From assembly GCA_951406725.2 (NCBI GenBank), contig OX597838.1, positions 1,302,001 through 1,366,000 on the forward strand: a stretch of DNA of 64,000 nucleotides, given 5' to 3'. Under the pieces are notes generated by a model that saw only the letters and a program-made list of their open reading frames with translations, did not search any database and was not told the DNA's origin. The translations under genes and the position numbers were made by a program. Shown here piece after piece: positions 55,886 to 64,000 of the stretch. The first letter of the stretch is position 1. Each line of letters opens with the position of its first letter. The stretch comes from Octopus vulgaris (Eukaryota).

Positions 55886-57413
55886 TCAATAACACAAGAC
55901 ATGCTCTATATGGCAAATGTCCAGTAAAATAAACAACCAACAGCAGGCTGGATACCCAACTGAAGAACACAACTCGCATTACACACACAACACAAAATAC
56001 TAACACTAATACAACAAAAAACAGCAACCAGACCCCATAGCAAAACAAACTGGCGCAATTCAATACCTCAACAACAAAAAAGAACACAATGCTGCACACA
56101 CCCCAGCAACACAGAGGTGCAGCAAGTAATGCAGCAGAAATTTGCTTGAAACTACCAAATGTTGAATTATAATTCTTTCTACTATACGTACACGGCCTAA
56201 AATTTATGGAAGGGGTATAGTCGATAAAATCGACCCCAGTACTCAATTTATCGACCCCGATTTTGGTAGAATTTGAACTCAGAACGAAGCAGTAGACTAA
56301 ATACTGTTAAGCATTTCGCCCGGCGTGCAAACGATCCTGCCAGCTCGCTGCCTTTGCAATAATAATTAACATAATACGAAGAAATAGTTCAAGAAAAAGA
56401 AGAATGACCTAAAGAAAAAGAGAAAGAAGTAATATTGGAATACTTTCGTTATAGTCACGCCCCTCACCTCGTAAATACGAAATACGATGCTCCCAGTGCT
56501 AGATAATTCCATCCCTGTTACTATTACTTTCCCCCACCCCTTCAACAACAATATATATATAAATGTGCATATGTATATACATACACACACACATACATAC
56601 ATACATACATACATATCTACATACATACACACACACATATCTATCTATCTATCTATCTATACATATATGCATATTTATACATACACGAATATGTATGCAT
56701 ATATAAATGTGCGTTGCATCCTTCAGCAAAATACTTCATTCATGTTCCCAAGTTGCTCAGTTGAAAATAACTATTAGTCTAGTTCTGGTTGTTTCCACTC
56801 TATCGTTACCACTGTCGCATCGTCAATGCTCTGCTGGGTCCCGGGAGAGAGGACCGAGAGTGTGTCTAGGTCGGCTTGAAATTACGTAAGCATCGAATAC
56901 AATTAACAAAAGCATGGTACATGCTTCAAAGTCATACAGGCTTCCACGTGACTGCTATGGTTTTGCACACACGCGCACACATTTGTATGTGTGTGTGTAT
57001 GTGTGTGCGTATGAGAGTGTGCGCGCGTGTGTGTGTGAATCCATGTCTGTATATCTCAGAATATGCATATGCAAACATCTTCATTACATACAAAACTACA
57101 GATTTAAAGTATGTAGACTGAGAAAAGAGATTTTGAGAGGTTCATGCATTGCTCAGTGACCTTGATCGCGTTCATGGTGTGTATGTGTGTGTGAGTAATG
57201 TTTGGTGGAGATTCGAAACTGAATCGTTGGGTCAGGTGGCTAAGATACTAGCAACACTGCTGGTAGTCATAACCACAATGTTTATTGAGAAAATAAGACA
57301 TTTGCGATAGACATGTTTCTATGTTTAACTTTCAGAACAGATGTGTACTTGCTCATATTAAATACATGCATATACAAAGTCAAATAACATATGTATGAGT
57401 GTATGTACATACA

Positions 57414-57459
<46 letters not shown>

Positions 57460-57591
57460 TGTACATTTAAACACATAAGAGGTATCCGTCATAGGATTCC
57501 TTTCACACTAGAAGGAACAGCTAAAGTTCAAACCACAGTTAGGGATAAAAACTCCAAGGGAATGAAAAATAAAAACATTTACCATCTATCT

Positions 57592-57660
57592 CCTGGACCA
57601 TGGTTTCAGATCTTTTTTAGCAAATAAAATAATTTGCTAGGCGAAGTCTTCATCAACAGG
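57592..57660 (-). ncRNA. Hammerhead motif, core variant UUGAUGA, in a TA-flanked element (~57460-57862)
   Basis: cctg-TTGATGA-agac..tagcaaat/atttgcta..atct-GAAAC-catg-GTC-cagg; stem I cctg/cagg; palindromic ACCATGGT. Confidence 0.65.
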
Positions 57661-58138
57661 TACGCCTAGATTAAACATATAAGTACGAGGCCTCGTACTT
57701 ATATGTTTATAAAGATCTTTATATTTTGGATCTTTTCATTTGTCTTGCTCGCTTACGTTCTGGCATTTGCTGAATTTTCTTGAGAACATTGTTTTCTTAG
57801 TGGTCAGACCATATGGGGTCTACATCTAGCATAATGGATATCCACTTAGTGGTCATCCCCACTTATATATATGTAATATATATTTTCTGAATGTGTATAT
57901 GCAAATGCAGAGGATGATAAAACTGCGTGCATATACATATGTACAAATAAATACACTCATATATACATAAAAATACACACTGGCACACAGACGCACACGC
58001 ATACACACATAAGCTATACACACACACATAAACTATATACACACACATATTTATATATACATGTAAGTATGAGAAAAACATTAGTGGCTATTTATATGAT
58101 ATTTAATTATATAATCTTACGTATATTTCAGTAATACA

Positions 58139-59695
58139 CGAAGTGGTTTCAAAAATTTCCCGGGTTAGTTCTGCGTGCGAAGTAAGAGCTACCAGTGACC
58201 TTTAGGAGGTAATGTGCCGAGTGACATTGCTGTTCATACTTCATAAGTTGTGAACATTTGTGTTTCTGTGATCACGTGTATGATGTAGTCTGCGATTTTG
58301 CCATGGACAAGAACAAAGAGCCGACGCGAAATTTTGCGTTAAACTGCTACAGAGACATTGAGCATGCTTCGGCAAGCTCACGGTGACGAAGTAATGGATC
58401 TACTCAACGTTTCAAGGGGCACGGGTGCTTCAAAAGCGAAAGGACGTCCCTGGAAGATGATGAACGATCTGGAAGACCTTCCACGAGCATCACCGTCGGA
58501 AGTATGGAGAAAACTCACCACCTTGTGCATGAGGATCGGCGGAGGACAATCAACGACATTGCTGATGTTATTGGTCTGTCGTATGGGTCCGTGCAGGCAA
58601 TCCTAACATCTGAATTGAACATGTGGCATGTCACTGCCACGTTTGTCCTCTGTTGAACACTGACCAGAAAGAACATCGCATCAAAGTGTGTCAAGACCTC
58701 CGTCAGCATGCCACTGATGACCCATCCTTCATGTCGAGGATTATCACTGGTGACGAGAGTTGGATCAACGGGTACGATCCAGAGACGAAGCAGCATTTGT
58801 CACAGTAAAAGAGGCCTTCATTTCTATGACAAAAGAAGGCACAACAGAGCTGCAGCTCAATCAAGAGCTTGATCATCGTATTTTTTTTTCGACATCCGTG
58901 GTATTGTGCATCCAGAATTTGTCCCTCAGGGCCGGACCGTCAATCAAGAGTTCTACTGCGACGTTTTGAAGCGTTTGAGGGCGGATATTCGGTGAATGTG
59001 ACTGGATCTGTGGAGCACGAAGAATTGGATTCTTCACGACGTCAATGCACCCTGTCACCGAGCTCTTCTACTTCGTGAGTTTCTCGCCCCAAACAACATG
59101 GTATCGCATCCATACCCACCCTGTTCGCCTGATTTATCACCCGCGGACTTCCATCTCGTCCTCAAGATGAAAGTGCAGCTGAAAAGTTTCTGGCTTTGGG
59201 TAAACGAAAATACAGGAGGATCAGTCACTTATGATTTTGTTCAACATATTCCTCTCTCAGATTCACATACTTATTGAAGTGGTCCTTCAGATTTTCTAAG
59301 CCCTGTAAAAGAACTCGGAAGGTTTGGCCTCCAACCAAACCTTTCCCAATAGTCTTAAAGCCAGGGACTTTTCAGCTCGTGAGTTTCTCGTCAAAAACAA
59401 CATCTTATTCGTATTCGTCAGATTTAGCACATGACGACTTCATCTCTTCCCCAAGATGAAAATGCACCTCAAAGGTCGCCGTTTTAACACTGTTATCGAG
59501 ATCCAGAGCGAATCGCAGAAGATCCTAGACTCGCTTACGGAAAACGACTTTCAAGCCGGATTCCAAAGGTAGCAGGTACGACCGGTGTATTACTGTGCAA
59601 GGTGACTATTTAGAAGGAGATGATGCTGACACTTAGATAAATAAGTTATCTTTTATTAAACGTAGCTAGTACGAGAACTTTTTGATATCACCTCG
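58139..59695 (+). mobile_element. Near full-length decayed mariner with nested MITE
   Basis: Both TIRs; IITGDESWINGYDPETKQ, WILHDVNAPCH and PPCSPDLSPADF motifs; many frameshifts. Confidence 0.92.
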
Positions 59696-61666
59696 TAAAA
59701 TGATAATTAGTTCCATATTGCAAAATTACAAACTATGTAAAGCATACAAACAGCCAAATCGTCAGAGAATGGTAGTAGTAGTATTAGTAGTAGTAACAGC
59801 AGCAGCAGCAACCATCGGGGTGATGGCTCGCATGTAATTCGACGTACTTTTTAAAGTTTGCCTTCTGTAACCAATATTAATCTTATGCTAATGAAATGGA
59901 ATTTAAGATGATTATACGAAATAGCTTACAAACAAAACCTCTCTTGTTTTGTTTTCTTAATATTCTCTTTCGAAGACTCTGACACGGATTTAACAATGAA
60001 GAATAAAATTACAGCACACAAACTGAAATTCACATGGAGTTTTTTGTTCATAAAAGTTAATTGTATAGCAATTTGAGGTTTGAATAACCTGCTCGTGAAA
60101 TTAACATGAAAGTAGCTGAGTACTCCACAGACCTGTATGCCCTTAACGTAGTTCTCAGGGAGATTCAGCATTACACGGCTAGCCCTTTGAATTACAGATA
60201 CAACTCATTTTTACCTGCTGAGTGGACTAGAATAAGATGAAATAAAATGTATTGTTCAAGGACATAACGCGCCCCCAGGAATCGAACTCACGACCTTACG
60301 ATCGTCAGTCGATTACCCTGCATATATGAATGTCGAAATAATCATTTCTTCTATAGGCAAAAGGTCTGAAATTTGGTGGAAGAGATAGTGGATTACATCG
60401 ACTCCAGTGCGTAACTGGTACTTTTTCATCGACCCCGAAAGGATGAAAGGTAAATTTGCCCGCGGCAGAATTTGTAATCAGATCGAAGCCGCAGACGAAA
60501 TACCTATTTCTTTACTACCCACATGGGGCTAAACACAGAGAGGACAAACAAGGACAGACAAACGGATTAAGTCGATTACATCGACCCCAGTGCGTAACTG
60601 GTACTTATTTAATCGACCTCGAAAGGATGAAAGGCAAAGTCTACCTCGGTGGAACCTCAGAACGTATTGGCAGACGAAATACCACTAAGCATTTCACCCG
60701 GCGTGCTAACGATTCTGCCAACTCGCCGCCTTGAATGTCGAAATAATAAAGAGCTCCAGTAGAGCAACGAGTGATCGGATATCTGCCTTTATTTAGATTA
60801 AGTTATTGTTATTGTGATGTTTATATATTTGTTTACCCATTGCCTTTGTTGGTTCTTTTTTTGGTGTTTTTTCTTTTCTTCGGCATATCGTTGATACCCT
60901 CACTTGTAGTTCTAGTTTAGGTTTCTTCCTATGTCTCGAATGGAACTAGGTTTTGTTTAGTTGTTTGTATTCTCTCTCATTTTACTGATTAAAAAGTTTA
61001 TATGTAATTGGATTAAGAACAAGGTTTTGGTTATTTGTATTTGGGTGTAAAAAAGGCAGTTGGTTTCAGGACTTATTTACATTACGGTACATTTGAGTCA
61101 TTCACTCTAACACTCATAAATATTTGTCATCATTCTCGCCTGTCAGAGCGAGAGATCCATCTTAAGAATGATTGCTGACACGCACAGTAAATTTGCTTAA
61201 AGTGAAGAAGACTTCTGTATAGCCAGCCTCACTCGCTTGCTTGTAACCATCTTTAGTGCAGTGACATGACCAGGTCTAGACGACTGGTGATGGAAAAGAG
61301 TGGATGAGCAAGATGTATCAATTGTTTCATCTTGCTCTCTCCATAATGCGTTGCTGCAATCACCTGATGACTAGGGATGGAGACGGATGCAGTGGGTAAC
61401 CAAGATGTCTTGTCTCATTTCCCTCTCTGCTCTCCATAATGCGTTGCTGCAGCTGCCTTCTCTTCCGTTGAATCTTGAAAGTTTCTTGCGCAGAGTCTGC
61501 TGGATCCAGTCTTCACAAGTTTAGATAGGCAGGCCCTAATATGCTAAGTTACTCGTTGCTGGGATCCTTATAGGTTCTACTACTCCGAGTAGATCTGTGA
61601 ATAAAAGTGGTTAAACGGTGGTTTTACAATCCTGAAAACATTGGAACTCCCGAACAGGGTTCGCCG

Positions 61667-61716
<50 letters not shown>

Positions 61717-61899
61717 CGAAATCTTTCATCTCCAACTGTACGTAACTGCAATTGTCAGTTCAGACCTTATAATTCTTGCAATGACTTAATACCCGATAGC
61801 GAGAAAAATATGTTTAAATAAATCCCATACTCTATACGTAAGTACAATCTTTCTCTTTCGTTGAGAAACTTAAAGCTCATAGTAATTGTCAAAAATTCA

Positions 61900-63300
61900 A
61901 GTGAAGAATACAGGACACAGTATACAGTAAATCCTTGATTACAGCGTTCTTTGTGAAACATTCGCTTCGTAATCTTCAGTCTGTAATATCAAATTAACCT
62001 GATTCTTGGTTCTACTTAGAACAACATACAAGTGTCCGTAGCTAAACAGAGATTGTGGGAGGACCATACCTATTTTATTACAAGTTTGGCTTGGTAATTA
62101 GTTTATGGTCATTGCAGGTACAGGACTGACCGGAAATTATATCCTTTTGAGAAAGCATGTTAAAGTTGTGTCACTTGCAGTCAAACCACTTCTTGGAGAT
62201 AAGTACTTCTTTTCTGGTTGTAGTTGCTCTGAGTATGTAATGCTCGACCACAGAACTTAGCAGTGATAAGACGATCACAGATGTCACTTAAGTGTCCATG
62301 CCTGGGTTCCAATTTTCTGAAGAATCCTTATCATAGAATTTCACTTCACAGGAGGTGGTCTATCTTGATAAAGTCTGTTCTTTTGAGAATTCAACAAAGA
62401 ATGGTGCTACCGATTCTTCATTAGAGTTTGCGCATTTATATTTTGTGACGTCACCAGGAATACAGTTCAATAATAACTGATTATAGATCATTAGTTTATC
62501 TTGGTTTCTTGTAAGGATTTTCTTTGTTGAAACTTCAAGTGTTGCTTCTCTACGGGTCCCATTAATAGATTTAACTTATACTTCTCCCGTTATATTCTTT
62601 TCAACGACTATAATATAAAGAAAGTTCGACACTGCTTACATCGTCACGTGATTTCCTAGCGTACCTTCGCCAATTTTAAGAAACCACATCAAAAGTTCAA
62701 TTTGCTCCACTGCTTCATGTGACAATTTTTTTCATTCACCTCTAAAGTGGTGACCGCTTGATGCATAATTCAATGATATCAACATTCAATGATGTCAATG
62801 TGAATGCACTGGAAGTACATTTCATAGAATTATGAAGAAAGAAGCCTGGGGGAAACGATTCTAGTTTGAGGAAGTAATTTTTGTGGACGATATTGTTGTA
62901 TCGAGATTAGTGATAGGAAAATAAAAATTGTGTGCCGTCTGAGCACGTAGTATATCCGCCGCTATTCCTGTTGCTGCAGAAAGGAGAATAGTTTCCCTCT
63001 TTATCTCATGTAGTATAATCAGAGTATTATAGAAAGACATATTACCAGACCCCCTTGATCCATCAAACAAGAAGAAACTGGGATTAGCCATGTCATCGTT
63101 CATGACACTGAAAATACAATGAAATACTTCTTCGTTGTCTAAAATTCATGTTCCTGGTTTTTGCTCCAACTTCCTGTGGTTTGGGTAATTGTTGTGATTC
63201 AGTGAAATCATGTAAAACAATTAAACTCTCGGGAAATTCTAGTCGGGCATCAATAAGGTGTTTCCAATCTTTTCCAAGCATTTTACTCTTTCTAAAGAAT
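61900..63300 (-). pseudogene. Decayed Helitron-type Pif1 helicase (RepHel C-terminal half)
   Basis: Manual translation: FLFDGSRGSGNMSFYNTL (Walker A remnant), AATGIAADILRAQTAH, WFLKIGEG, and FPVSPVPAMTIN*LPSQT..GMVLPQSLFSYGHLYVVLSR (motifs V-VI). No Helitron termini identified; limits approximate. Confidence 0.82.
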
Positions 63301-63939
63301 CTCTTCGGATAACATAACGTTCAATCAAGTTTTTTCACGTTAATATAGCTGCATTAAGTTTCTCAGATTATTTAGGAATCCTTTAACACTTAGATTACTT
63401 TATCCAATGTAATCCTTATTTATTCACATTGTTTTGAATTAGTCTTGCATTATCTCTCCTAGCCTTGAGATTTCAATAAAGTGATTGTTTATTTTTAGAA
63501 TGACATCGTAAGGTAGGTGTGAGAGGCCAGTTTGAACATAAAACAAGTAAAATATATAGGTCAGATATGATCAGTTTTAATGCTAAATGGTTAAACAAAT
63601 GTCTGACAGGGCAAGAAAGATACGAGGAAGGAAGATCATTCTTGCTAAAAGCCTAATGATCTAATTTACAACTTTTCATTAAAATTTTATGGTAATGTCT
63701 GTTCCAAACACCAGTTTAGTAATAATAGAATTATTTTACTAAATTCTTCATGAGAAAGGAAGTGGGGAGGGAACAGTAAGGAAGAGAGAACGACGGATCT
63801 TGTCTCTCACAAGATAGAAACATTTCTCAAGGCACCAGCAGACAAAATGGGAAAAGTATTTGTCACATGACACACAGTAAGATGCGTGTGTGCGTACGTG
63901 CAAGCGTGTGCGCGCGTTAAGCGTGTGCGCGCGCGAGCA

Positions 63940-63994
<55 letters not shown>

Positions 63995-64000
63995 ACAGAT

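Noticed and set aside
58118-59719. Signal-peptide exon (MELIIIL...) interrupted by the mariner
   Set aside because: Removing the element gives either an early stop or a phase-2 end that does not fit the Ig gene, and a well-fitting start exon exists at 33761-33800.

Overview
Eukaryotic, AT-rich, repeat-saturated DNA. The SINE families and microsatellite load point to an octopod cephalopod (inference from recall, not a database hit). One host gene can be rebuilt by hand and is not visible as a single ORF. It is a minus-strand gene with four coding exons (33761-33800, 29665-29845, 23164-23294, 21245-21480; all introns GT-AG, phases 1/2/1 consistent). It encodes a 195-aa protein with a signal peptide, one Ig domain, a Ser/Thr-rich stalk and a GPI-signal-like hydrophobic tail. 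The rest is mobile or repetitive DNA. There is a ~12-14 kb compound satellite (about 45 copies of a ~100-bp core separated by (TA)n). Its TA tracts host several unrelated short elements carrying minimal type I hammerhead ribozyme motifs, often as fold-backs or partial tandems, typical of Penelope-like element termini. Also present: two CR1/L2-group LINE remnants, R4/Dong-like, RTE and CRE-like fragments, a decayed Penelope-like RT+GIY-YIG element, several mariner copies and MITEs, a piggyBac remnant with three 18-bp palindromes and a splice acceptor, a decayed Helitron Pif1 helicase, and many tRNA-derived SINEs. No intact transposase or RT, rRNA, true tRNA or CRISPR array was found. All alignments and folds were done by eye.
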